Positions 42,297-53,600 of a stretch of 64,000 nucleotides of DNA are shown here, piece after piece. The notes beneath the pieces were generated by a model that worked only from the letters and a program-made list of their open reading frames with translations, ran no database searches and was not told the origin of the DNA. Each line of letters opens with the position of its first letter. Position 1 is the first letter of the stretch. The stretch is from Chlorokybus atmophyticus (Eukaryota > Plantae > Mesostigma and Chlorokybus algae), in contig RHPI01000575.1 of the NCBI GenBank assembly GCA_009103225.1, forward strand, positions 350,258-414,257, in the 5' to 3' direction. A program made the translations under genes and the position numbers.

Positions 42297-44387
42297 CTAA
42301 TACATGGTGTTGGTGTCTTGCGAGCGGGGGTTGCGGATGCGATCAATGTTCTTGACAATGAGGTCGTAAAGCAACGCGTAGTTGTTGCGCAGGTCGGCGA
42401 CGGTCTGCCGCAGGCTCACGTGCTGCTTCTCGTCCAGCGCAATGATGCTGCGTTGATAATCGCGGGAAGGTATCGAATCCTTGTGCATCTTCCTCACCAG
42501 CCTGGCTCGCGTCTCAGAAAACTGCGTGCGCAACGTATTGAGCGATGAGCGTGTGTAATTGTTGCCGGTGGACAGCCAAATTTCCGAGTACAAGAGTGCA
42601 TGTGTGTATGTATGTGTGCAAGCGTGTGTGCACCCAGGAACGTGCACGTGTGCGTGCATGTGCGTGCTCCCTTGCCTTGACAAAGCTGTCGATAACTGCA
42701 AATGCAGCATCCTCCGCTCGTCCTAACTCCCCAACAACCTCCTCCTGCATTACCAAGACACAATGACACATCAAGAAAGCCCCAAGCTGACTTCCGACAC
42801 ACACTAACACACACACACAACAGTACATAGTGGACAATCCCACAACGACACAACAACTCGCCTGCACGCCGACACCAAAGTCGTTGCCGGACTCGATGCG
42901 TGGCACGTTGAGTTGAACCCACAGCTTAACGCTTGATAGCATCTCCCCCATCGCCGCCGCCTCACTCTTCACCTCTTCCATCAGCTCCAACAGCTCCTTT
43001 GGATCGCATGGCACCGCACTCGAAGACTGGCCAAGCACATGCAAATCAACATGAGATAGCATGCAGGCATGCACACGTGCGCGCGCGCGCGCACACACAA
43101 TAACTCATTCAGCGGCTAACTACTTGACAGATACTTGACAAATTTTGGCTGACTTCTGATGCTGCGTGCTTTGTGCGTACACACATATACGTACACACAC
43201 ACATGCGTGCACGCACCAAGTCTCTCTCAGCCATGCTATTTGCCTGAACTGTGCGCATGCCCTATCAATATGCATGAACAGACTTCTGAGAGTACTGTTC
43301 TCTGCTTCTGCACCCACAAACTTACGTGCTCTGCATAGCCGTTGGCAACATGGTCTTTACTGTCTTCAGCCTTGCGCTTTTTGCTGCTGGTTGTTGTTGT
43401 TGTTGCGTTGGTGGCAGCATGTTGCTGCGCGGTGCGATCGTCTGTGAAGGACGTTGGCTTTGCAGGAAACCGCGGGAGCTTCTGCAACCAGCAACGTACA
43501 CATTAGGATATGCGATTACACAGCTTGACGCTTGCATATCAACTCGTGCTGCCTAGTTACTAATGCCTGCTCCGCAGCAGAGTGCTTAACAGATCATTGC
43601 TACGTACTGACATATGTTCCACAAATGCAGCACAACACACATGCGGGAGCATACACACATGCACACATGCACTCACCGCTACATAGTATCAATACACGAG
43701 GTCACATTGCACCATCATCAAGCAGCATTATTGAACTGCGCAACAGGACAAACGCAAGACCTCTGAAATACAGCTGCATTTGCAAAGTACAACACCAAGC
43801 ATTGACAATGCCCGTGTATGTGGCTTCGGAACTATACTCTGATAATTCATGGTAAAACTTCGGTGAGCAATGTTAGAACACGCACAGAAGCAAAGTCTAC
43901 GCAAGCAAGCAGTTAAGAATCCAATCAGCAAAATGACTTACTGCAAAACGAGCGGTCAGCTCCTCTATTTTCCTCGGAAATACTTCGTGAATTACCCTTT
44001 CCGCCTCTGCCTGGACGTCCTTTACCAGCTGCACAGCCTACATGGAAAATAAACAACTTGGTGTCAACAGAAAAACAGACTTCAAATTTCATCTCAGACG
44101 TGAAAGAATTTAAATCAGGGAGTAAACGCAGCACGGAACTGACTGCTTTAAGTGCGTCTATGTGTTTGTGTGCCGCCGTAATTGACACTCTTCACAAAAG
44201 TCACATTCAAGCAGGCAAAGGGACGCACTTGCTGGGTACGACAATCCCAACTAAACCATCCACCTCAACACCACCACCTCCAACAATAATTGAAGAAAGG
44301 ACAGACATTTCAACAGTCTCAAACAGTTTACCAATTCGGCCAAAGCCTGGTTAGGCCAACCTGCGGTGCGTGCGGCGCTGGCTGCAT
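42297..44387 (-). CDS. PA28/REG (11S) proteasome activator subunit, multi-exon
   Basis: N-terminal helix AERVIHEVFPRKIEELTARF, then an insert containing SSKKRKAED. The activation loop region reads VKLWVQLNVPRIESGNDFGVGVQEEVVGEL. C-terminus: DLRNNYALLYDLIVKNIDRIRNPRSQDTNTMY. Confidence 0.9.
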
Positions 44388-45528
44388 GGCTGCTGTGTTG
44401 TGTCCAGCACGAAGCCGGGGGCGCTGGTTCAGCTGATCGGCGAAGAACGCCTAGGACCAGCAGGGTAGCAGCCACGGCGAGCCGTGGCGCTGCACTTCAC
44501 TTCTGCTCAATCTCCTACTTGTCGACGTCCGGTTTGTTCCGCCGGCAACGTTTTCCCGCGCTGGACTAATCTCGCAACATCCAGTTGCTTTATTGCGCTA
44601 AGGCTGTCTCTCGCGGTCGCGAAAAAGTCTCTCGCAAGGCACTGAGATTTCCAAAGGCATAAGAAAGTGGCAAGTTCAGCTTTTATGTGTGAAAGTCATG
44701 CATAGGCTTTCCAACTTGTCACACATGCATCATCCTAAGCAACATGATATGCCTGACTTCAAGTACATGCCAGGTACTTGAAACATGGTGGCATTATAGC
44801 CAATGTGTGGTGGTAAGAAGTTTAATGCATGGAAAGCTTGCATCAAGTTTCATTCAAGGTGTCTTATGTGGCGGTTAGAATGGTTGAAATGTAGGAAGAT
44901 GGATGTTGCATTCAAAGACACTTGTTAAAACTCATCATACAACCTTGAGATTGCGAACATAATATGTAGCTTCAATTCGAAGCAACGGTTTACATGCGTG
45001 TTGCGTATCACGATGATCAACTAATATCCTTGCTCAGTTTCTGGAGGAAAGGTTTCAACATACAGTATCTACCCTTACAATAAATCCGTCCGTTTTATCA
45101 CAGCCCTCAAACATGCCCCCTCCTTGAGTGATACTTGCCGGATGGACGCCCCGCTTTATCATAAAATCCTTTCTGCCTGCGCCCCTTACCCATTTATTAA
45201 CGTGACATACTGTACGGCTACGAACTATTCGTGTTGAAATTAATGACGACAAAGGCAAAAACGAATTTTTTATTACAAGTTGTAGGCGTCTCGAGTCTTC
45301 AAATCGATGCTTGTCATTGACTTTGCTGCTGTGGCAGCAAATGGACGATTTAACGACCAAATGCTCAGTGCATGCGTGAACAGTTCATGTCCGTATAGTA
45401 TCTGTTGAGGTGCTCATGACAATCTTGTGTTGCGTTTCAAATGATGAAGACAGCAGTTGTTGGGGAGTTAGCTTGGACAAGCAGAGGATGCGGCCTTTAT
45501 GGTAATGAACAGCCTTATCAAGGCAAAT

Positions 45529-45608
45529 CAACTCAAAGACATAACCTCGTAATGGTGCGTGCGCGCGCTTGCCTTGATGCACCATTACGAGGTTATGTCT
45601 TTGAGTTG
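45529..45608. repeat. Perfect 30-bp inverted repeat with a 20-nt loop
   Basis: caactcaaagacataacctcgtaatggtgc (45529-45558) pairs with gcaccattacgaggttatgtctttgagttg (45579-45608). Confidence 0.92.
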
Positions 45609-46731
45609 CCGGCCCATCTTTACACATACACAATACAGCAAGCACGTAAGAAATGGAGTACGGGGACCCTGAGTGTAGGTGAAGCTGCGCCTGCGTGTCT
45701 GTCGTGCTAACAGCTCCGATAATCGCAGAGTGAGTGAAATTGTTGCGTATGCTGTGCATTGCATGCATGACATAATATGCCGATGCATGGGTATGTTACC
45801 CAATGCATGCATGCACGCACATGCATGGATGCACACACGTGCGCTTGTACTCATGCACAAGGTATACATTGCAATGAGCACTGCAACATATATGCACAGC
45901 TGCATGCACATCCTCCATGTTTTACTGAGCATGTTGCAATTTCATCGTTTACAAATAAACGGCAGATTGCAACATGTTTGTGTATTCAACACGCTTGCGC
46001 ACACATTGTATATCAACGCGAGCGAGGCTAGTAATGAAGTTGTACAAGGGTTCAACAGTCATTTCCTTCGTGCAACTACCAGCGCAGCATTTGCATCGCA
46101 TTTATGAGAATCCTCAAACTCTATATACATATGCATATTAGACGAGAAGCACTGCAGGCAACAATGCGTTATGTGAGCCTGCGCTGTCTTGCGCAACAAC
46201 TACACATTGCTGCTCGACCTCATGTGAATAATCATGATCTTGAGCATGACTACAGACGGTTGGCTCGTGTGCACCTTTCGAGCATGCAGGTTGAATGTAG
46301 GAGTTTTGTCACTTGTCAACGCAACGCGATGCAACATATCAGCGTTTGTAGTCATCTACATGATGCGCTGGTATTGGCCATGGGTGCATGCACCGGCTTA
46401 TTGGTATACGGAACAAAATTGTGACTTCACGAGACTCACACACATCTGTCGTGCCTGCCATGGTCGAGGGCAACCTTGTCTCGGACAGGCTGCAGAGGAG
46501 TGCTAGTGCTGCACGCATGCTAGTGCCGTGCACTGCATTGGAGTCATGCAAGCAAAAGACAACCCCCCAATCGTGGGCATAGGCTTGAAGATGAGCCTAC
46601 GCGGTGTTTAGTGCAGTGGACGAGCCGATGCCGCTCGCCACCTTTGTGTACAGACTGTGTTGTAGTGCACACAGTCAACAAGCCACCCCCCCTGAGATTC
46701 TGGGGTAGCCCTCTGCTCCAGAACTCAGTTC

Positions 46732-49700
46732 CTACCGACTGTGTGGGGGACCGTTGATGCGGCAGTCATCGCACCAGTACTCCCACAAGGGTACTGCGTC
46801 CAGTGGAGGGTCAAGGCAGTAGCAGTGCATGCCTTGATTACAGCCGTCGCATAACATCATCAATGGGTCGTCGTCGGCGCTGCCGCACTTCTCGCATCGG
46901 GTGCTGCGCAGCGGACGCAGGTGCTGGATCTTGGTGAAGCCAGCAATATAGGGGAGATGACAGGGCGCACAGTTGACCATGTTGTCCTTCATGCGCTCGC
47001 CTCGTTGTCCCAACAGGTCCAGTACCCCTGTGGGGTGCACCTTCAATACCTTGTAGACAGCACGCCCGACGGAGGTATCGAGGGTGTCGCGTGTAGACGC
47101 CATACGGTAGACGAAGTCTCCTGACTCGAAGCGGCGCTCCCGCTCCTTGTAGAAACCACTGCGCACACGCTCGTAACGCAGCGTGTCGCGGTGCTGCGCG
47201 ATGCGCAGGTTGTTGAAGGCCATGGGGACTGTGTGTTCGAACAGCGCACTGCGCACTGTCAGATCATACAACATCTCGTCGGGGTTGTCGAGATTGTCCA
47301 CCACTCTGTCGACCTCCTGCTGTGCGCGGAAAGGGAGCAATGGCTGCCTTCCGAACAGTAGATAGTATGGGCTGTACTCTCGCAGGGCTGCCTGCTTGGA
47401 CAGCCGGTAGCCCATTGCTACCCATGGGAGGTGATCATCCCAGGTATTCTTCTCGTAGGCGAGGACGTACTTGCGCAGTGCCTTCTTGATGGTCTGCACG
47501 GTACGCTCGGCGAGGCCGTCGGCCTGCGGGTGGTCGCGTGAGGTGCGACGGTGGTCGATGAAGCATCTGTCGATAAGCTTGTCGAAGGCTCCTCTGAACT
47601 CCGTACCCTGGTCGGTGATGACTTCAGCGCAGTTGCCAAAGCGTCCGAGTACATGGGAGAGGAAAGCCTGGGCTACTCCCTCACTGCTCTTGTCGGGCAG
47701 GGGCACCAGCTCCACCCACTTGGAGAAGTGCTCGATCATGACGAGGATGTAGCGGTTGCCTCGTGCTGAGGGCGCTAGGTCTCCGAGGATGTCCAGTCCC
47801 CAGCGGTAGAACAACCCGGAAATGGGAAGGGGATGCAAGGTGGCATTGCGCGTATTGAGGCTGGCGCGAACCATGTCACACTGCTGACAGTTGCTGACGA
47901 ACTCCCGCACCTGTCTGTGCACCCCATACCACCAGTACTGGGTCCTGACCAGGCTGACCGTGCGCTTGACACCGAAGTGCCCGAGCTCGATGTGAAGGGA
48001 GGAGATGATGCCTTCACGTGCAGCTGGTGTGGGGACCTCCTGATCTGCATCTTGTATCCGTCGATACAGCCTGTCGTTGGCCCAGCGGTAACGCTGAGTG
48101 CGTTGTCGGACGCGGTCCTTCTCGCGTGCGCTCATGCCTGCTGGAAGTTGTCCAGTCTGAAGCAGTGCGAGGGATGGCTCGTCCAGCCAGATGTCTTGTC
48201 GTGTGTCGGTGGGTGCCAGCTCCTCATCATCCACCTCAGGGTCGGCAGCGATTGCTTCTTCTGATAAAGGATCGGTGGTGGTGATGGCGGGCTCGAGAGC
48301 GGGCATGTCCCCGTCTGCTGCTGCCTCAGCGGTCTGAGTCCTGCGTCCCGAGCGTAGCGCAGCAACAGCGAACATGGTGGCCACACCTGAAGGTGCAGCT
48401 GTAGGACCCAACTCATGTCGGGCGCCCGTGGCGTCGTTGGTGCTGAGGTGGGGGTTACGGCTGAGGCCATCCGCATCTTGGTTGGCAAGGCCTGCGCGGT
48501 GTTCCACCTCGAAGTCGTACTCCTGGAGCAGCAGCGCCCATCGTGCTAACTTTCCTGTCAAGTGCTGGTTGTTCATTAGCCACTTGAGGGGTTGATGGTC
48601 AGTGACCAATTGGAACTGCCGTCCAAACAGGAAAGGTCGGAAGAAGGAGATGGCCCACACTGCGGCGAGACACTCCCCTTCGTAGCTGCTATAGTTGGCC
48701 TCAGCACTGTTGTTGCTGCGGCTGGCGTACGACACTACGCGCTCCTTCTTGTTGTTGTCGTGCTGTACGAGCACGGCCCCCATGCCGAGCTTGCTCCAGT
48801 CTGTGTGCAGGATGAACGACCTGGTGTAGTCAGGGCGTTGCAAAATGGGAGCTGTGGTGAGGCGGAGCTTCAGCTCCTGAAAGGCCTCCTGTTGTGCCTC
48901 CTTCCACAAGAACTCGGTGTCCTTCTTCAGTAGTTCGTTGAGAGGCCTCGCGATCTTGGCAAAGTCCTTGACAAACCGGCGATAATAGTTGGCAAGGCCG
49001 AGGAAGGCCCGCAGCCGCGTAAGGTCTGTGGGGGCAGGGATAGCCACCAGTGCCTCCACTTTGGCCTGCTGTACGTACACACCATGGGGCACAATCATGT
49101 GTCCTAGGTAGGGTACCTTGTGGGTGAAAAAGGTGCACTTGTCAGGGTGCACCGTCATCCCGACTTCCTTCAGCCTCTGTAGCACCTCTTCGATGTGCTG
49201 GAGATGCTTCTCATTGCTGTGATTGAAGATGAGGATGTCGTCGATGTAGCAGCGTGCGAAGTCCAACCCCTTGAGGGCTTTGTCCATGACGCGCTGGAAC
49301 TTGGCCGGAGCGTTCTTCAGCCCGAAGGGCATGACCTTCCACTGGTACAGCTGCCGGTTTCCCCAGAAGGAAGTCTTGTGCTTGTCCTCCTCCTTGATGG
49401 CGATCTGGTTGTACCCTTGGCGCATATCCAGGATACTAAAGACCGTGCAGTCTCCTACATCGTCAAAGATGCCTTCTGCGGTAGGCATTGGATACCTGTC
49501 CTGCTTGGTCTTGTTGTTGAGGGGGCGATAGTCGCCACACATGCGCCGGTCTGTCCAGTTGCCTGCTGAATCTTTCTTCAGGGGCATGACGGTCGCGGCC
49601 GCAAAGTCCGATGTGGACTCCTCGATCAGGCCTGCATCTAGCAGCGCCTTGCACCTCTGTTCCACCAAGTCTTCTTCTAGCTTGGAGAGGCGGTACTGTC

Positions 49701-50646
49701 TTCTTAACACCGGTTCGGTGTCCACTAGTTCAATGTCCATCTGGTATGCTGAGCAGATGCCCAGCTCTTTCACACTGAAGCTGAATTGGCTCCTCCACTT
49801 GTTGAGGAGAGCCTCGAGTTGCTCTCGAGTCTGGCCTGTGGCCAGCGGTCCAATGGCGTGGGACCACGAGGTAGCGTTGGCGACCACTGGAATGTCTTCC
49901 ACAGTGACTGCTGCCTGCTCCTCCATGTGGGCGGTCTCGAGGGCGGTGTGTGCTGCTTTGGTCTCTGAAAAGCGAGCAATCCACCCCCCAGCCAGGTGTT
50001 CGAGCTCCTGGAAGGACACATGGCGGTCCTGGAGAGCAAAGCACATTTCCAAGTACCACACCATGATGTTCTGATCCATGGCGCGCCCTAACAACTGACA
50101 TTGTTGACTGGTTGTCAGCGTGGAGCCTGTGATGCTGCCTGGAAAGAATCCCATAGCACGCTCGCGCTCACGAGCGTTGGGTTCTTCCAGTTGTCCAGTG
50201 TTGGAGTCGAACACCATGCCGTCGCCTGCATTGCGGAACGCGTAGGAGCCTGGATAGGATACAAGTGTGGGTAGCGCGCGGCGCGGCTGACCAGGCTGGT
50301 TGCACTGGTAGAAGTGGTGGTGGTCAAGGCGTGTGACTGGTTGCGCTGTGCGTCCAGGGTCCAGGATGTCATCGACGACGAGATTGCGTGGCCGATTGCT
50401 GTATAGGTACTCTGCCAGAAACAGGTCTTCCACAATGGCCAGGTTGGTCCACTTGGCGCGGACGCGGTGTGCACGAGAGCCATGACGTGCGGCATTGATT
50501 TTGAGAGGATGCCCCAGCAAGGAGCATACTTGCCGATAGGCCTTGGCGACGTGAAGACGCTTGTCATCCTCGGAGTGCACATTCTCGATGATGTACCCCA
50601 AGGGCCTAGCGATCTGACTGGCCTGCAGGAGTTTGATGACTCTCAT
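46732..50646 (-). CDS. Gypsy pol, 3' part: DNMT motifs VI-X, RT, RNase H, integrase, PHD finger
   Basis: DNMT: YIIENV, HGSRAHRVRAKWTNL, ERERAMGF, LLGRAMD. RT: RMCGDYRPLN, MPFGLKNAP, CYIDDILIF. RNase H: LHTDWS, EGECLA, VTDHQPL, DADGLSR. Integrase: HIELGH..CQQC, WGLDILG, ITDQGTEF, LAERTV. PHD: CEKC..LCDGC..MHCYCLDPPL..WCDDC. Confidence 0.95.
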   Translation of the reverse strand: MRVIKLLQASQIARPLGYIIENVHSEDDKRLHVAKAYRQVCSLLGHPLKINAARHGSRAHRVRAKWTNLAIVEDLFLAEYLYSNRPRNLVVDDILDPGRTAQPVTRLDHHHFYQCNQPGQPRRALPTLVSYPGSYAFRNAGDGMVFDSNTGQLEEPNARERERAMGFFPGSITGSTLTTSQQCQLLGRAMDQNIMVWYLEMCFALQDRHVSFQELEHLAGGWIARFSETKAAHTALETAHMEEQAAVTVEDIPVVANATSWSHAIGPLATGQTREQLEALLNKWRSQFSFSVKELGICSAYQMDIELVDTEPVLRRQYRLSKLEEDLVEQRCKALLDAGLIEESTSDFAAATVMPLKKDSAGNWTDRRMCGDYRPLNNKTKQDRYPMPTAEGIFDDVGDCTVFSILDMRQGYNQIAIKEEDKHKTSFWGNRQLYQWKVMPFGLKNAPAKFQRVMDKALKGLDFARCYIDDILIFNHSNEKHLQHIEEVLQRLKEVGMTVHPDKCTFFTHKVPYLGHMIVPHGVYVQQAKVEALVAIPAPTDLTRLRAFLGLANYYRRFVKDFAKIARPLNELLKKDTEFLWKEAQQEAFQELKLRLTTAPILQRPDYTRSFILHTDWSKLGMGAVLVQHDNNKKERVVSYASRSNNSAEANYSSYEGECLAAVWAISFFRPFLFGRQFQLVTDHQPLKWLMNNQHLTGKLARWALLLQEYDFEVEHRAGLANQDADGLSRNPHLSTNDATGARHELGPTAAPSGVATMFAVAALRSGRRTQTAEAAADGDMPALEPAITTTDPLSEEAIAADPEVDDEELAPTDTRQDIWLDEPSLALLQTGQLPAGMSAREKDRVRQRTQRYRWANDRLYRRIQDADQEVPTPAAREGIISSLHIELGHFGVKRTVSLVRTQYWWYGVHRQVREFVSNCQQCDMVRASLNTRNATLHPLPISGLFYRWGLDILGDLAPSARGNRYILVMIEHFSKWVELVPLPDKSSEGVAQAFLSHVLGRFGNCAEVITDQGTEFRGAFDKLIDRCFIDHRRTSRDHPQADGLAERTVQTIKKALRKYVLAYEKNTWDDHLPWVAMGYRLSKQAALREYSPYYLLFGRQPLLPFRAQQEVDRVVDNLDNPDEMLYDLTVRSALFEHTVPMAFNNLRIAQHRDTLRYERVRSGFYKERERRFESGDFVYRMASTRDTLDTSVGRAVYKVLKVHPTGVLDLLGQRGERMKDNMVNCAPCHLPYIAGFTKIQHLRPLRSTRCEKCGSADDDPLMMLCDGCNQGMHCYCLDPPLDAVPLWEYWCDDCRINGPPHSR

Positions 50647-50652
50647 TAGCTC

Positions 50653-53600
50653 CTAGAACAGCTGTGAGCGAGGATCAGAGAGCCCTTGACCTCTGCCTGC
50701 CCTGGAGTGCCCTTGACACTCCCATCCTGCTATCAGCAGGTCAACGTTGCCGACTGCCTGCAGGTGATCCTTGGTAATCCAGCGGATGTCCTGCGGTAGA
50801 GCCTTCTGGCTCCCTTGCAGTGCCGACAGTGGTAGCTGCTGCGGGTAGCGCTGGTGCAGATGTGGTAAATGATGGCTCAGAGCCTCCTGTGCATGAGGGT
50901 CAGGGTCACAGTAGAGGTACTTGGTGACTGTTGTTTCTGTGTTGAGGACAGCCGCAAGCCCACTGCCTATGCCTCCGAACAGCTCCAGCACGGTGATGCC
51001 TTGTTGTCGGCGGAACATGTGGAACTCCACAACTCCCGTAGCTATGTGGTACTGCTCCTGCACTGTAGCCTGGTCTTTGTAGACAGGGAAGTGTGCAGTG
51101 AGCTGAGGCCTGGTCAGCAGCATGTGTGCTGCTACTTGTGCGCTCCAGCGACGCTCGGATGGCTCCTGAAAGGCCACTTCTTTGGTGAAAGTCTCCTGAG
51201 ACTCATCGTACGGTGTAGGAGAGTCTTCTTCAGCGTATAGGCTCGGGCTCGAGCTTGTTGCAGTTGTCCTTGGCTGCATTCGGGCACGAGGCACGCGTGA
51301 GCGTTTTGTAGAACTGTAGGTGGCTGCTGCGGCCGATCGTCGTTGCGAGCGAGCCTTGGCCACCAGTTTGAGAGGTAGGAATCCCTGCTCCTCTCCATCA
51401 TCCTCATCCCAATGTGGTCGAAACCATGCCTGCTCAGTCCAACAGTCCAGCCCCATGCCGACAGGGAAGTTGTAGTCCTGTCCCAACAGTAGGTCAAAGG
51501 ACCCGGCATCGGTGACCACACACCGTTGTACAACCTCGGTGCTGTGGGAAGGGTTTAGTCCTGTGAGGCGAATGCTCACAGCCTGCTTGGTAAGGCCGAG
51601 CACCTTGTCGCGGTTGCCGGTTGCGGTGTCCAGCTGGTAGGGACAGGGAAGCAGCTCAGCGCTGGTGATGCCGAGATCTCGTGCGAGATAGCGCCTAATG
51701 ATGACAGGCTGTGCTCCAGTGTCCATCATCACGCGTTTGGGTGCCCGCCCATTGACGGTCACGTGCTGGCCTTGGTTGGCGATCATGGCTGCATTGGCGT
51801 TGATGCGCAGCCTCTTGAAGCGACGGAACCTCTTGCGTGGAGAGACTGTTGCTTTATTCTCATCTGCGGGGCTTGACCGTAGGGCAGCCAGGGCTCCTCT
51901 GCCTGATGGATCTTGTGGGCCTCCTTGTCCTCGGCTTTGTCCAAACCGTCGTTGTCGCGGTTGCTGGTACACGCGTGGTGGCCTAGGCACTGGAGGTGCT
52001 GCTGCAACCTGTCCAAGTGGAGGTGCAGGAGGGTTGACCCTCTGTGCAGCTGTTGTCATGCCAGGAGGAGTGGCCAGTGGCTGTGGCGGGAACCCTGGAG
52101 GACCTGGTGTTTGCGGGACTGCCTCTCGTGCAGCCTGCTCCTCTGCATAGGTCCATCGCACGGCATGGGCTGCCTCTCTGACTAGTGTACCTTCCCATGT
52201 CGCCGTCGCATTGTTGTCCACGTCTATATAGCGATGATTCTGAGGCATGGGCTGCAGGTACACTGCGCGTAGGAGCCGCGCTCTCATGTCGTGGGTGATG
52301 GTGGGCACCCTGAGGATCCCTGCCATGTAAGCATCCCATCTGCCGTTGACCACTCCCACTTCCAGCACTGTTATTGCTCGTGTGCGTACAGTGAGGCGGG
52401 TCTCTGGCTGTTGGACATGCTGCTCGTGAGCAGCGGCGATGCGCCTGCGCTGACGTCCTGCCTCCACTCCTGGCAAACTCAGTATCGCCTCCAGAGCTCC
52501 CTCCAGAGTATCAGTGGCGGCGGAAGCCACTTCATCATAGGCTTGCCGTATGGAGCGAAGGAATGCGTCCACCCACGCTATTCTGGCGCCGAAAGCGAAC
52601 AACGGTACTGCGGGATGGTTGGTGACCAGCCACGTCACTAACCGTGCGCGTGCCGCGTTGCCATTGTCTCGCATCCCAAGCATCTGCCGAAGTCCGATGC
52701 CTTCTTGCCGATGCAGCATGGTTGCTTGTCGCAACAGAGCAGTGCGTAGTTGTTGCTCTCCAACCAGTCCTGCTCCATCTCTTTGTGTACACCCTTGTGG
52801 TGTAAGGTAGCCCCTCCCTGGCTCCCTTTGGTCCTCAGGTAGATCCTCCACCAGCGCAGGCAGCAACGGGGCGATCACCCCCCTGGTTTGTTGAGCCAAC
52901 GCCCTCGCTTGGTCAGAGTTGGTCTCGACGAAGAGCGGAGTGGTGCTGGAGGATGGACCAGCAGCTGGTGACTGAGGTACTGGTGCACGCGTAGCTTCAA
53001 GAGCTTGTTCACGTGCAGTAATGGCGGCAGCCTGATCCTGTCGCCAATGATATGCTTGTTCCAGTGCGTGGTAGCGCTGATGAAGGCGAGCGGTTGTAGG
53101 AGGTCCGAGTGCTTCATCAGTGCCCAAAGGCAGGTCGGCTGCGTCGGCGATGCGCTGCTGGACGGCGTCTCGGCGGTCCCGATACGTGTCCAACGGGCTG
53201 GGTTCAAAGGTGGTGGTTGGCATGCGTGCAGGCTGGCGCGGGGCGGTCTGCATGTTGTTGTGCAACGCCCAGAACAGCTGCAGAGCCAACTCCAACACTA
53301 CAGGTGGGCTGTAGCTGATCAAAAACACCCTGTCACGCATCGGAGGTGCAGTGCCAGCAAGGATCTCATCTTCTAACTGGTGTTGAGTGAGTGCTGGAAG
53401 GGTGTGAACCTCTGGTAGCGGGAAGACGCGATCATCGCGGGCGACACGCGTGGTGCGCTCCCCCCCCCGACCGAAGGCGATGGTAGTGGGGTCTGCTCCG
53501 CGCAGGATGGTTTCCCATGCTCGCTCAGCTTGCTGACCAGTTGGGACAGCCTGAGTGACGTCGAGAGCGGGCAGAGTGGCTGCGCGCGTCGCTGCAGAGA

